Shown here piece by piece: positions 1 to 10,556 of a stretch of DNA of 64,000 nucleotides. The DNA is from Acidimicrobiales bacterium. Its GTDB lineage: Bacteria; Patescibacteriota; Minisyncoccia; Phycocordibacterales; UBA918. The notes below the pieces were generated by a model, which ran no database searches, was not told the DNA's origin, and worked only from the letters and a program-made list of their open reading frames with translations. Position 1 is the first letter of the stretch; each line of letters opens with the position of its first letter. The translations under genes were made by a program, and so were the position numbers. The stretch lies in contig JBLIMJ010000003.1 of the NCBI GenBank assembly GCA_047638595.1, positions 11,710 to 75,709 on the forward strand, given 5' to 3'.

Positions 1-909
1 GGTGGAACTGCGACACTTGTAGGAGACCCTCCCAACATCATGATTGGGTCTGCAGCAGGGTTTTCATTTAACGACTTCTTGATACACTCCCTTCCTGTTG
101 TACTCGTGACCTGGGCCTTGACGCTTATTTTCTTCCGATTCCTTTTCCGAAAAGATCTGAAAGCAAAACCTCAGAACATTGACCAGCTTATGGCAATGAA
201 TGAAAACGAAGCCATCACTGACCCTAAGACACTAAGGAAGCTCCTGATTATCTTCGGTTTAGTTGTTGTTTTATTCTTCCTACACTCCTCACTCCACATG
301 GCGCCTGCGATGGTAGCACTGATTGGTGCATCTTTAGCACTCATCTGGATTGCTCCCCTTCATGACCCACAAAAAACTATTGAGAAGTGTGAGCTATCAG
401 TTCTTCTTTTCTTTGGTTCATTATTTGTAATTGTTGGAGGTCTAGAATTTTCAGGAGTACTTGAACGTGCAGCTGGCTTCATCACTAGTGGTGCCGACAG
501 TAACATTCTTATGACTGCATTGATCATTCTTTGGACGAGTGCAATTCTTTCAGCAATTGTAGACAACATCCCTCTTACTGTTGCCATGATTCCTATTATT
601 GCTTTCTTAGGAACACAGGGTATTCCTGTTGAAATTCTTTGGTGGGCACTTGCGTTTGGAGTTGGGTTTGGTGGAAATGGTTCACCGATTGGTTCTACTG
701 CGGGAGTGATTGTTGTTACAAAGTCTGAGAAGACAGACAACCCAATCTCATTCATTGACTGGATGAAGCAGGGTGTCCCCACAATGCTTCTTGGTTTAGT
801 TGTTGCGTCAATTGCACTAGTTCTCTTTACAGAGTTTTTCATGTCTGACGAAAACATGGGTAACACAGTAGAAGCTGCTGAAACAGCACACCCTGTGCAA
901 GCACGCTAA
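1..909 (+). CDS. ArsB/NhaD (ion transporter superfamily) permease, 5'-truncated by window edge
   Basis: Frame open from base 1 (GGTATLVGDPPNIMIG); SAIVDNIP and GGNGSPIGSTAGV motifs; many TM segments. Confidence 0.85.
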   Translation, partial: GGTATLVGDPPNIMIGSAAGFSFNDFLIHSLPVVLVTWALTLIFFRFLFRKDLKAKPQNIDQLMAMNENEAITDPKTLRKLLIIFGLVVVLFFLHSSLHMAPAMVALIGASLALIWIAPLHDPQKTIEKCELSVLLFFGSLFVIVGGLEFSGVLERAAGFITSGADSNILMTALIILWTSAILSAIVDNIPLTVAMIPIIAFLGTQGIPVEILWWALAFGVGFGGNGSPIGSTAGVIVVTKSEKTDNPISFIDWMKQGVPTMLLGLVVASIALVLFTEFFMSDENMGNTVEAAETAHPVQAR

Positions 910-923
910 GGTGAACACCTCTT

Positions 924-959
924 AAAAACAACTACACCTCAGGGTGTGGTTGTTTTTTT
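924..959 (+). terminator. Intrinsic terminator
   Basis: aaaaacaactacacc..ggtgtggttgttttt hairpin with T-tract after stop. Confidence 0.7.
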
Positions 960-1007
960 CTTCACCAGCTATTGCCAGCTTTTTTAAGTGGCGTATACTA
1001 AAACTAT

Positions 1008-1460
1008 ATGGAGTTAAAAGAAATCATCAAAAAAGCATTCATAATTTCGGAAAATGCTACCTTTGCGGAAGCACTCGATTTAATGCTGAACAACCATACC
1101 AATACACTTCTAGTGGTAAATGATGAGGGTGAGCTCTCTGGTGAAGTAAGTGTCTCAGACCTATTTGATGGTATCATCCCCCTTTCTTTCGATGCCGACC
1201 AAGCTCTAGAGCACCTCCAGAATGAAGAAGTATTTGCAAAGACTGTTCAGGAGGCGAAAGATACACCTGTGTCTGACTTCATGTCTGCTGACTACACTAC
1301 AGTACACCCCAACGATTCTATTATGGACATAGCTTCAGTTGCAATCACTCACCAACGTGCGCGTATCCCTGTTGTTGATCACGACAATCATCCTATTGGT
1401 ATCATCTCTCGACAAGGACTTAAACAAATTTTAGGAAAGTATCTCAAAAATAAAAACTAG
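1008..1460 (+). CDS. CBS-domain pair protein
   Basis: LLVVNDEGELSGEVS..D and IPVVDHDNHPIGIIS CBS motifs. Confidence 0.85.
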   Translation: MELKEIIKKAFIISENATFAEALDLMLNNHTNTLLVVNDEGELSGEVSVSDLFDGIIPLSFDADQALEHLQNEEVFAKTVQEAKDTPVSDFMSADYTTVHPNDSIMDIASVAITHQRARIPVVDHDNHPIGIISRQGLKQILGKYLKNKN

Positions 1461-2236
1461 AGTCTATCATCAAGGTAGATTTCGTATATTGTCCCTACAA
1501 AAAACGGAAGCGCGAAAATAAGAGCAATCTCTTCAATTGGAATAATCTGTCCATAGAGAGAGAAAGTAGCAATGTATTCATCAGTGTGTCCAAACAATTT
1601 ATGTACATTTGCTGATGATATCCAAACAGATATAGCTAAGGGGATTGCGGCCACGATAGTAAAGTCTATTACTCTATCAAAAAAAGCTATGTTTAAGCCT
1701 TTGTGCAGTGCTAAAGCTGCAAGAGATGACGCAGTAATCACACCGATTATCCAGAAATAGGAGTATGATAAGAAAATACCGCCTACAACGTATTGGTGTA
1801 TACCTATAAGTACCAATGCACCCACAGCAAACACTCCAAAAGAAGCCATACGGTCCCAAGCACTACGTGGGCTGTAGACACCGTCATCAAACAATACTTC
1901 GTAAAGGAGCCCTAAGAAAAGCACCTGTACAGTAATAGAAAGGAGCATCTCAAGTGGAATTAAGCCAAACAAACGAGCTTCCGTAATGCCGATACTGTAC
2001 CAGAGGCCGTAGATGTGAGCGATTCCTTCGAAAAGAATTGCTGTCCCGCTGCCAAGTAGTGCAACTGATATGAGTACTGAAGGTGGGGCGAGCGTGAAGT
2101 GTGAAAGTGCTAATGCAGGAATACCAAACAAAACTAATGAACTAGTTAAAAGTCCCGCATCAAATACATAAAGACCGTATGTGCCTATGACATAGTATAA
2201 AGTTGTACTAAAAAGCAAGAGTATGTTTCTATGCAT
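1457..2236 (-). CDS. Membrane protein with two lycopene-cyclase-like (CrtYc/CrtYd-type) domains
   Basis: Highly hydrophobic; two repeats ending GLIPLEM / QIIPIEE resembling the PxE(E) motif of membrane lycopene cyclase domains. Confidence 0.55.
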   Translation of the reverse strand: MHRNILLLFSTTLYYVIGTYGLYVFDAGLLTSSLVLFGIPALALSHFTLAPPSVLISVALLGSGTAILFEGIAHIYGLWYSIGITEARLFGLIPLEMLLSITVQVLFLGLLYEVLFDDGVYSPRSAWDRMASFGVFAVGALVLIGIHQYVVGGIFLSYSYFWIIGVITASSLAALALHKGLNIAFFDRVIDFTIVAAIPLAISVWISSANVHKLFGHTDEYIATFSLYGQIIPIEEIALIFALPFFVGTIYEIYLDDRL

Positions 2237-2255
2237 ATCGTCTCTATTGTACCAG

Positions 2256-2296
2256 ATACAAAAGCACCGATGGTGAAGCCATCGGTGCTTTTGTAT
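2256..2296 (-). terminator. rpoD terminator hairpin
   Basis: atacaaaagcaccgatgg-tgaag-ccatcggtgcttttgtat just downstream of the rpoD stop. Confidence 0.7.
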
Positions 2297-2306
2297 ATAT
2301 CTTTGA

Positions 2307-3632
2307 TTAGTACGATTTCAAACGCCGAGCTTTTTCATGCTGTCGAATCTTCTCAAGCGCTTTTGCCTCAATCTGTCGAATACGTTCACGCGTTACACCA
2401 AATTCACGCCCGACCTCTTCAAGTGTGTGATAAGTGCCATCAACCAGACCGTGCCTCATTTCAAGAATGCGTCGTTCTTTCTCTGAAAGAGTGTCAAGAA
2501 TTTCTTGAATTTGATCAGTGAGAATACTGTGTGACACTTCCTGATCAGGCGAAATCATCTTATCGTCAGAAATGAAGTCTGACAATCGCGACCGGTCATC
2601 ATCATCACCGATAGGAAGTTCCAATGAAATAGTGTCCTGACTAATTTTCTCAATCTGATACACTTTCTCTACCTCAATCCCCATCTCAGTAGCAATTTCT
2701 TCTGGCACAGGGTCACGGCCAAAATCTTGTGCGAGGCGTCGTGAGACCTGTTTGTACTTTGCCATGGTTTCAACCATGTGTACGGGAATACGAATCGTAC
2801 GTGACTGATCAGCGAGCGCTCGTGTAATTGCCTGACGAATCCACCACGTAGCATACGTAGAAAACTTAAATCCTTTCAAGTGGTCAAATTTATCAACCGC
2901 TTTAAAGAGTCCTAGGTTTCCTTCCTGAATCAGGTCCAGGAGAGTAAGGTCGGGTGAACGTCCTACATACTTCTTAGCAATAGAAACAACGAGCCGGAGG
3001 TTTGCTCGTGCAAGCAGATTTCGTGCTTCTTCATCTTCATCAAGAATCCTTTGTGCAAGATCGCGCTCTTCTTGAGCAGTAAGCAATGGGTACTGACCAA
3101 TCTCACGCAGATACATTTGGATAGAATCGTAGCCACTGTCATTACGTTTGTATGAATTTTTCTGTGCAAGTATCTCTATAGAAGGATCCGTACCAAGCAT
3201 GCCTCCGCTTGAGAGCACATCGATACCAGCAACTGAGAAGTTGTCATACATCTCCTCTAGGAAAGGTACCTCTTTCTCAATTTGAGGGAAGAATTTTAAA
3301 ATTTCATCATATGTGACGTAACCACGTTCACGTCCAAGTTTCATCAACTCAGATGATTTTGCCCGTTTAATTTTTTGCGTCTTAGTAAGTTTTTTCTTTA
3401 CGGGAGCTTTTTTTGCAACAGTTTTAGCGGCAGCTTTTTCTGCTGGCGCTTTTTTTGCTACGGCTTTTACTGGCTTCTTTGTAACTTTCTTTGCTACTAG
3501 TTTTTTGGCAGTTGTTTTTTTAGCTGTTGCCGTCTTTTTGACTGGCGTTTTTGCTACTGATTTTGTTGCCTTTTTGACGACTTTTTTGGTCGTTTTTTTC
3601 GCGATTTCTTTGGTTGCTTTTTTAACAGCCAT
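2307..3632 (-). CDS. rpoD: RNA polymerase primary sigma factor with Lys/Ala-rich N-terminal extension
   Basis: [55 protein letters not shown]. Confidence 0.97.
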   Translation of the reverse strand: MAVKKATKEIAKKTTKKVVKKATKSVAKTPVKKTATAKKTTAKKLVAKKVTKKPVKAVAKKAPAEKAAAKTVAKKAPVKKKLTKTQKIKRAKSSELMKLGRERGYVTYDEILKFFPQIEKEVPFLEEMYDNFSVAGIDVLSSGGMLGTDPSIEILAQKNSYKRNDSGYDSIQMYLREIGQYPLLTAQEERDLAQRILDEDEEARNLLARANLRLVVSIAKKYVGRSPDLTLLDLIQEGNLGLFKAVDKFDHLKGFKFSTYATWWIRQAITRALADQSRTIRIPVHMVETMAKYKQVSRRLAQDFGRDPVPEEIATEMGIEVEKVYQIEKISQDTISLELPIGDDDDRSRLSDFISDDKMISPDQEVSHSILTDQIQEILDTLSEKERRILEMRHGLVDGTYHTLEEVGREFGVTRERIRQIEAKALEKIRQHEKARRLKSY

Positions 3633-3740
3633 AATCCGACAACTATACTCTATTTTAGTAATTAGTCCAGTGTTTTTCGCTTATTATAAAAAGGCAAACT
3701 ACAGGAGTAGTCGGATGACTCATGTAGTTATAGAGTTGCT

Positions 3741-5549
3741 TTAATCTAGCTTTTTAGGTGGCAAAATCCCAAACACTTCTGGTGTAAATAAAAGTGTGTC
3801 TTGCTTCTTTTTAAAAGCTGAAATATCTCCCAGGGTCTTCATCACTAATGTATCGTCACTTGCTGTTTCAGCCTTGTGAAGTACTTGTGTATGATCTTTC
3901 ATACCTTCTTTTCCCACCAATACCACGAGCTCATTAAGCTTATCGACTGTCTCTTCATAGACTTGTTTTATAGGCGTTGCTTCTATGTAAGACTCAAGTT
4001 TAAATGACAAACCACTTGTCTTGGTTGCATCGAGCGTTGCTTGTATTTGAGCAAGTGTCTCAGAGACTGTCTTCTCCAGCGCATGCCGAAGGTTTGACTT
4101 CTGTTCTTGAGGGAATACATCCACCAAAACGGCTAAGTACTGACGTAATTCTTTTTTTCGTTGGAACTGCATTTTAGGATCTTCTTCTGGACGAGTTGAC
4201 GATTGCGCTTGTGAACGCTCTTGGGTTTTCGGTCGATTTTGTTCCTTTTGTTTTTCTTGTTCTTGCAACTGAGCGAGGCGTTCAGTCTCAAAATGAATTG
4301 CATCCTTTGTAGTACCTAAACGTTCTGCAATTAAATTCTCAAAATGTTCCTGATCTATTCGATTTGGAATCTTCACAACGTATGGAAGGATTTCCTCCCT
4401 GGCCTTGAGTTTAAACGTTCGTTCTTCCAGCTTTTGGTTTTGCAGTACGTCAAGTAGAAACTCGATGACGTGTGTTGCCTTTCCTATGGAATGCTTAAAT
4501 TCTGTCGGATCTTTCTGTATCATGTCTGCAGGGTCTTCGCCGTCAGGCATATGAGCGACTTTCACATCCATACCTCGTGCAAGCATAACGTCTGCTGCAC
4601 GTTTGACTGCAGCAATTCCCGCTCGGTCTGAATCAAGTGCGAGAACCACCCGGTTAGAAAGGCGTTGTAGGAGCATTACATGATGTTCTGTAAGGGCTGT
4701 TCCTGACACTGCTACCGTGTTTGAGTAACCTGCCTGATGCGCCATCACCACATCAAACTGCCCTTCCACAATCAACGAGAAATCCATAGTGCGAATTCCC
4801 TGTTTTGCTTTATCATATCCATAGAGGATATCTGACTTATTAAAGAGTTCTGTTTCAGGTGAGTTAACGTATTTTGGCGCTTCGCTGTCTTTAGTAAGAA
4901 TACGTCCTGAGTATGCAACTACCTTCCCTCCAGCATCAAAAATTGGAAACATTATCCGGTCACGAAACAAATCGTACGGCTCTTTGCCTGAATCAGCTCC
5001 TTTCACCAAACCAGCCCTCAGAAGCTCGGTAGAGGTGAATTTCTGGGCTTCCAGCGCGTTTTTAAGCTCTCTCCAGCCATGGTCAGGTGGTCCTGGTGCA
5101 TATCCAATACGCCATTTTGCTATTGTTTCCGGCTTTACTCCTCGGTCCTTTAGATACACCTGTGCAGCAGTTTTCTTGGTGAGATATTCACTAAAGTACT
5201 TCGTGGCAGCCTCAAGTGAATCATACTGTCGGTCACGCTCTGTTCGCTTCTTTGGGTCTTCTCGAACCAGCTCAACTCCTGCTTTATCTGCAAGTATCTT
5301 CAAAGCACCCTTGAAATCAACCCCTTCCATCTCTTGCACGAAAGTAAAGATGTCACCCCCTTGAGAACTAGAAAAACAATAATACATCCCACGATCTGGA
5401 GACACATAAAATGATGGGGTCTTTTCGTTTGTAAATGGAGATTTTCCTTTAAAGTTTTTTCCCGCAGGATGTAGCTCAACATACGAAGACACCACATCCA
5501 CCACCGAAAGTCTTTCTTTTATCTGAGATACTGAATCACCTGAAGCCAT
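3741..5549 (-). CDS. dnaG: DNA primase
   Basis: SPFTNEKTPSF, FRDRIMFPI, KYVNSPET, TOPRIM EGQFDV and LDSDRAG; start moved to ATG 5549 (10 nt after TATACT). Confidence 0.96.
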   Translation of the reverse strand: MASGDSVSQIKERLSVVDVVSSYVELHPAGKNFKGKSPFTNEKTPSFYVSPDRGMYYCFSSSQGGDIFTFVQEMEGVDFKGALKILADKAGVELVREDPKKRTERDRQYDSLEAATKYFSEYLTKKTAAQVYLKDRGVKPETIAKWRIGYAPGPPDHGWRELKNALEAQKFTSTELLRAGLVKGADSGKEPYDLFRDRIMFPIFDAGGKVVAYSGRILTKDSEAPKYVNSPETELFNKSDILYGYDKAKQGIRTMDFSLIVEGQFDVVMAHQAGYSNTVAVSGTALTEHHVMLLQRLSNRVVLALDSDRAGIAAVKRAADVMLARGMDVKVAHMPDGEDPADMIQKDPTEFKHSIGKATHVIEFLLDVLQNQKLEERTFKLKAREEILPYVVKIPNRIDQEHFENLIAERLGTTKDAIHFETERLAQLQEQEKQKEQNRPKTQERSQAQSSTRPEEDPKMQFQRKKELRQYLAVLVDVFPQEQKSNLRHALEKTVSETLAQIQATLDATKTSGLSFKLESYIEATPIKQVYEETVDKLNELVVLVGKEGMKDHTQVLHKAETASDDTLVMKTLGDISAFKKKQDTLLFTPEVFGILPPKKLD

Positions 5550-5665
5550 AAGTAGCACTAGTATACTCCACTTTGAACAACTCCCAAAATACGCCATAAA
5601 AATTGACTTTTGGGTATTGTCATGTATAATAGATTTTAGACAACACCCAGTAAGAAGGACAACAA

Positions 5666-5938
5666 ATGCGTAGCTCCAACATTACAATCACGACAGAAGC
5701 ATCGTCTCGCATTCCGTACGAGGAAAGCAAAACAAAAAAGCTGATTAAACAACTTTGCTCACGATTCAATCTCGGTAGCTCATCATTTGCTCGGCTCAGT
5801 GTCACTGATGATGAACTTGTGATTGTGACATCGTATGGAAGTCTGATCCCAGACAACCAACTCACCGATGCTTATCGTCACCAAGGAAACCCCAAAGGCC
5901 GTGTCACTGCTAAAAAGAGTGCATCAGGACATCGTTAA
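5666..5938 (+). CDS. Hypothetical protein (90 aa)
   Basis: TTGACT-N16-TATAAT at 5603-5630, AAGGA SD, terminator-like hairpin at ~5961-5999. Confidence 0.6.
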   Translation: MRSSNITITTEASSRIPYEESKTKKLIKQLCSRFNLGSSSFARLSVTDDELVIVTSYGSLIPDNQLTDAYRHQGNPKGRVTAKKSASGHR

Positions 5939-6059
5939 ATTTATCACACCCCCCCCCTTGAAAAAGAATCCTCTGGATTCGCTCGGGGGTTTCTTTTTTG
6001 TCCACTCCTCAAAAATACCGCAATTAATTGAGGTATTCCTCCACACCTACACAACCCAT

Positions 6060-6125
6060 CTCCATATCATTGATGATATGGAGCATAAAACTTAGGTATG
6101 TGGTATATATCATTAATGATATAAT
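6060..6125 (+). promoter_or_regulatory. Two palindromic operator-like sites (ATATCAT-NN-ATGATAT), the second overlapping an extended -10
   Basis: ctccatatcat-tg-atgatatggag (6060-6083); tatatcattaatgatata (6106-6123); TGaTATAAT 6117-6125, ATG at 6132. Confidence 0.7.
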
Positions 6126-6131
6126 TTAATT

Positions 6132-6584
6132 ATGAGCACAAATCACAAAAAACTAAACTCTCGTAAAAAAGAACTTATTCTTGAAGCATTATATGCAGGT
6201 GTCAAAAGCATGCCCCAGGATAATTCTGTGGAGTATTTTATAAATACGTTACTCACTGAAAGTGAGAAAATAACAATTGGTCGCCGTATTCTTATCGCGC
6301 AAATGATACTCGCTGGAAAAACTCAGGCAGAAATACGATACATTCTTGGAGTGAGCCCAAACACTTTCACCCGTACACGCAAGTGGCTTAATAAGCAAAT
6401 ACCACACTACGATGATGCCATAAAGAAACATGCAGTTGAACAAATGGCAAGAGCAGTAAAGCGCAACGGAACAAGAAAGAAATATATAGACCCATTGAGT
6501 TTTACTGGATTACGGAAAAAATTTCCCATGCATTTTCTACTCTTTAACGTTGCTGAAGAGTTGATTGTAAAATTATCAAAATAA
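6132..6584 (+). CDS. TrpR-like (YerC/YecD family) HTH protein
   Basis: LLTESEKITIGRRILIAQMILAGKTQAEIRYILGVSPNT matches Trp-repressor-type helix/HTH pattern. Confidence 0.8.
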   Translation: MSTNHKKLNSRKKELILEALYAGVKSMPQDNSVEYFINTLLTESEKITIGRRILIAQMILAGKTQAEIRYILGVSPNTFTRTRKWLNKQIPHYDDAIKKHAVEQMARAVKRNGTRKKYIDPLSFTGLRKKFPMHFLLFNVAEELIVKLSK

Positions 6585-6661
6585 CTCTCCATATCATCAA
6601 TGATATGGAGAGTTATTTTGTTTGGTTATTGCTTGATATCATTGATGATATCAAGCAATAA
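6577..6661. repeat. Two long palindromes with ATATCAT-NN-ATGATAT core
   Basis: caaaataactctccatatcat-ca-atgatatggagagttattttg (6577-6620); ttattgcttgatatcat-tg-atgatatcaagcaataa (6626-6661). Confidence 0.9.
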
Positions 6662-6675
6662 GGGATGTAGCTATT

Positions 6676-6714
6676 AACACAAAAGACCGGCGCGTAGTGC
6701 CGGTCTTTTGTGTT
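6676..6714. terminator. Bidirectional terminator between TrpR-like gene and rpoC
   Basis: aacacaaaagaccggc..gccggtcttttgtgtt. Confidence 0.75.
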
Positions 6715-6743
6715 TTTACTCCCCTACTCAATCTTCCTTACTC

Positions 6744-6869
6744 TAGGAATTTTCAGATGATTCCAGATGCGAGGAGCACAAGGAAAATAATTTGAGGCGT
6801 ACTTAGTGGTACGTTGAAAATTATTTTCCGTAGTGCGACGAAGCAGATGGGATTAGCTGTGGATTTCTA
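6744..6869 (+). repeat. ~127 bp structured repeat, copy 1 (ends on rpoC stop codon)
   Basis: Core ggaaaataattt-gag-gcgtac-loop-gtacgt-tga-aaattattttcc shared with the 16133 and 40715 copies. Confidence 0.85.
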
Positions 6870-9800
6870 TTTTTCTAGGGATTTGGACACAGCTTGAATC
6901 ATGTCGTACTTAGGCGACCCTTTAAATCCTGACCCTGCTGGAATCAGCTTACCAATAATCACGTTCTCCATAAGTCCTGCGAGATTATCTTGGCTTCCCT
7001 TTACTGCTGAGTTAATCAAAATACGAGTTGTATTTTGGAATGAAGCAGCTGAAAGGAACGACTTTCGCGATAGTGAACTTTCAGTAATACCCATAATGAG
7101 TTTATCAGCCTTTGCTTGTTCTTTACCTTCGGCCTTCAGCTTATTGTTTGCTTCAACAAAGATCCATTCTTCGATCACTTCACCTGGAGTAAAGTGACTG
7201 TCACCAGAAGCGTTTACCTTCACTCGTGACATCATTTGTTTCACAATAAGCTCAATGTGCTTTCGAGAGATAGTCACACCTTGTAGTTCGTAAATCTTAT
7301 TTACTTCAGAAATGATGTAGTCCTGTGTCTGCTCCTTAGTACCATACTTGAACAAGTCTGGTAGATAAGCAGAACCATCAGTCAACATCTGACCTCCAAC
7401 AACATTGTCTCCCTTAGATATTTTTACCACTCGTCGCCAATTTACTTCATACTCAATGACGTCTGACTTTTTCGGAGCGTACTGTGAAGTTTTATCAACT
7501 GCAACAGTAATGAATTTCTCACGTCCTTCTGTTCGAATCTCAGTTACAAAACCTGCAGTTTTAGAAATAATTGCTGGAATCTTCGGTAGTCGTTTTTCAA
7601 ATACTTCTTCTACACGAGGAAGACCTTGTGTAAGGTCACCACCTGCTGAAGATGTACCACCTGCGTGCTTGGTGTTCATCGTAAGCTGTGTACCCGGTTC
7701 ACCAATAGCTTGTGCTGCAATAGTTCCTACTGCTTCACCCATATCCACCAATGCATTGGTTGTAAGATCTACACCGTAACACTTCTGGCATACACCGCGT
7801 AATGTTGCGCAAGTCATCGGAGAACGAACCTCAACTGATTCACACGTACTTTCTTCAACAGATATAGCATCGCGTCGAGTAAGTAAGTGCCCTTTCTTGA
7901 ATATAACGTTATCTTTAGAGTCAACAATATTTGCAGCAATAACTCGTCCCTTCAATGCTTTTGCAAATGAAATCTCAATACCAGAAGCAGAAATGCGTCC
8001 GATATTTGTACTTTCTTTTGTTTTACAGTCTGACTCTGTAATGATAGCGTCCTGTGCAACAACAAAGAGTCGTCGTGTAAGATACCCAGCTTTTGCAGTT
8101 TGAAGTGCAGTGTCGGCAAGTCCTTTTCGAGAACCGTGGGTTGTCGTGAAATACTCAATTGGACTCATGCCCTCCTTCATAGAAGAAATAACGGGGAACT
8201 CAACTGTTTCACCTCGAGTGTTTACAATCAAACCTTTCATACCAACCATCTGAGCAATCTGGCGCATTGATCCACGCGCTCCAGACTTCCAAAGATCATA
8301 TGCTGAACCGTTATGATCCATGTGGTTTGGAATAATTTCTTCCAATTCACTCTTAGTTCTGTGCCAGATCTCAATAACCATTCGTCGACGTTCTTCTCGT
8401 GAGAGAAGTCCTTCTTCGAAGTTCTCTATAATTACTCGTTCCTCTGCTCGAGATTTTTCGATAATAGCGCCCTTCTCTGGTGGTATAACCACTTCATCGA
8501 TTCCCCATGTGGTACCAGAAACGGTTGCATATTTGAAACCAAACTTCTTAATTTTGTTTACCACACTTGGTACGATTTCAGTTCCTTGATCATCAATAAG
8601 GTCAAGTACTACGGCGAAGAGATCTCGTTGAGAAACTACTTCATTAATGTATCGATGATCACTTGGAAGTACCGAGTTGAAGAGAAGTCGTCCTACGGTT
8701 GTTTCAAATATCTGTCCCTCATACTGTGCATATTTAGCAGTATCTGTTGCAAGTACTTTAACTTTTGCTCGGAAATCTACAATATCGTAATCATATGCGT
8801 TAATCGCATCATTGGGAGATGCAAACCACTTTCCTTCTCCTTTTGCTCCTTCGATTTCTTTAGTCATCCAGAATGCTCCGAGTGCCATATCCATAAGTGA
8901 CTCAGATACTACAGGCTCACCTGATCCTGGCTTAAGTACATTCTTGTTTGCAGAAACAATTTCACGAGCTTCAGTCTGTGCTTCTTCAGACAATGGTACA
9001 TGTACCGCCATCTGGTCACCATCGAAATCAGCGTTAAATGCCTTACACACCAATGGATGAATCTGAATTGCATTACCTTCAATCAGTACCGGACGGAATG
9101 CCTGAATACCCTGTCGGTGCAACGTTGGCGCACGGTTAAGTAGTACATGCTTTTCAGCGATAACACCTTCAAGAATTGCCCATACTTCAGGTACACCGTC
9201 TTCAATAAGACGTCCTGCTCCACGGATGTTGTACGCGAGTTCTTGCCGGAGTAATTCTGAGATAACAAACGGTCGGAACAATTCCAGTGCCATGTGTTTT
9301 GGGAGACCACACTGATCAAGTTCAAGTTCTGGACCAATAACAATTACTGAACGTCCAGAATAGTCCACTCGCTTACCAAGCAAGTTCTGTCGAAAGTATC
9401 CCTGCTTACTTTTTAGGTAGTCAGAAAGAGACTTCAATGGTCGGCGTTGTGCCTGACTCATTGCTGAGTATGCAGTGTTCCCGTGACGAATAGAGTTGTC
9501 GATAAGGGCATCAACAGCTTCCTGCATGATTCGCTTCTCGTTACGTAAGATCACGTCTGGCGCCATGATGTCGATAAGCTTCTTCAAACGATTGTTTCGA
9601 TTGATGACGCGTCGATAAAGGTCGTTGAGGTCACTCGATGCGTGTCGTCCACCTTCAAGTGCAACCATTGGACGTAGTGCAGGTGGAATCACAGGAATTC
9701 TCTGGAGAAACATCCATTCAGGACGTACGTTAGCATGAATCAACCCTCGGATGAGGTTCAATCGTTTGTCGAGCTTTGTACGCTCAGCTACTCCTGCAGT

Positions 9801-10538
9801 TTCTCGCTCTGTTTCAAGACGTTCACACAGTACCTTCAGGTCAATATTTTTGAAAAGTTCAAAGATAGATTCTGCCCCAATACGTGCTTCAAAGAGTGTT
9901 GAATACTTTACTGAGAACTTATGGAAGTTTGTTTCATCAAGTACTGCACCTTGTTTAACTGATTCAATTTCTTTCTTCGTTTCAGTCATTCGATCTTTAA
10001 GAGCTGTCCGAGCATCTTCGTTTTGTAGTTCAGCGAGTTTCGTTTTATATTCAGTATCAAGTTCTTTCAAAAGTCGTGTACGTTCATCTTCTGCTACTTT
10101 TGTAATGATGTACCCTGCGAAGTAGATAACTTTTTCTACTGACGCAGCAGTTAAACCAAGAATCAATGCGATACGACTTGGTACTCCACGTAAGAACCAG
10201 ATATGTGACACCGGTACACAAAGTTCAATGTGTCCCATTCGTTCACGTCGTACGATTGCTCGTGTAACTTCTACTCCACATTTTTCACATTCAATACCCT
10301 TGTATCGAATACCACGATACTTCTTACAGGAACATTCAAAGTCCTCAACTGGGCCGAAAATTCGCTCATCGAACAAACCATATTTTTCAGGACGTTGTGT
10401 TCGGTAGTTGATAGTCTCTGGCTTTGTAACCTCACCATGTGACCAATCAAGAATACGTTCAGGTGAAGCAAGCTTGAGGCTGACTTCGCTGAATGGAGTC
10501 GGTGCTCCTCGTTTTTGTTTATTTGGATTCATAGACAA
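6867..10538 (-). CDS. rpoC: RNA polymerase beta' subunit
   Basis: [12 protein letters not shown] catalytic motif, KPETINYRT, Zn-binding Cys; start may be ATG 10532. Confidence 0.99.
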   Translation of the reverse strand: MSMNPNKQKRGAPTPFSEVSLKLASPERILDWSHGEVTKPETINYRTQRPEKYGLFDERIFGPVEDFECSCKKYRGIRYKGIECEKCGVEVTRAIVRRERMGHIELCVPVSHIWFLRGVPSRIALILGLTAASVEKVIYFAGYIITKVAEDERTRLLKELDTEYKTKLAELQNEDARTALKDRMTETKKEIESVKQGAVLDETNFHKFSVKYSTLFEARIGAESIFELFKNIDLKVLCERLETERETAGVAERTKLDKRLNLIRGLIHANVRPEWMFLQRIPVIPPALRPMVALEGGRHASSDLNDLYRRVINRNNRLKKLIDIMAPDVILRNEKRIMQEAVDALIDNSIRHGNTAYSAMSQAQRRPLKSLSDYLKSKQGYFRQNLLGKRVDYSGRSVIVIGPELELDQCGLPKHMALELFRPFVISELLRQELAYNIRGAGRLIEDGVPEVWAILEGVIAEKHVLLNRAPTLHRQGIQAFRPVLIEGNAIQIHPLVCKAFNADFDGDQMAVHVPLSEEAQTEAREIVSANKNVLKPGSGEPVVSESLMDMALGAFWMTKEIEGAKGEGKWFASPNDAINAYDYDIVDFRAKVKVLATDTAKYAQYEGQIFETTVGRLLFNSVLPSDHRYINEVVSQRDLFAVVLDLIDDQGTEIVPSVVNKIKKFGFKYATVSGTTWGIDEVVIPPEKGAIIEKSRAEERVIIENFEEGLLSREERRRMVIEIWHRTKSELEEIIPNHMDHNGSAYDLWKSGARGSMRQIAQMVGMKGLIVNTRGETVEFPVISSMKEGMSPIEYFTTTHGSRKGLADTALQTAKAGYLTRRLFVVAQDAIITESDCKTKESTNIGRISASGIEISFAKALKGRVIAANIVDSKDNVIFKKGHLLTRRDAISVEESTCESVEVRSPMTCATLRGVCQKCYGVDLTTNALVDMGEAVGTIAAQAIGEPGTQLTMNTKHAGGTSSAGGDLTQGLPRVEEVFEKRLPKIPAIISKTAGFVTEIRTEGREKFITVAVDKTSQYAPKKSDVIEYEVNWRRVVKISKGDNVVGGQMLTDGSAYLPDLFKYGTKEQTQDYIISEVNKIYELQGVTISRKHIELIVKQMMSRVKVNASGDSHFTPGEVIEEWIFVEANNKLKAEGKEQAKADKLIMGITESSLSRKSFLSAASFQNTTRILINSAVKGSQDNLAGLMENVIIGKLIPAGSGFKGSPKYDMIQAVSKSLEK

Positions 10539-10556
10539 ATATATTATTGAGGACTA

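Noticed and set aside
6744-6869. Hairpin elements as integron attC sites
   Set aside because: No RYYYAAC/GTTRRRY ends, no integrase, and they follow essential genes rather than cassettes
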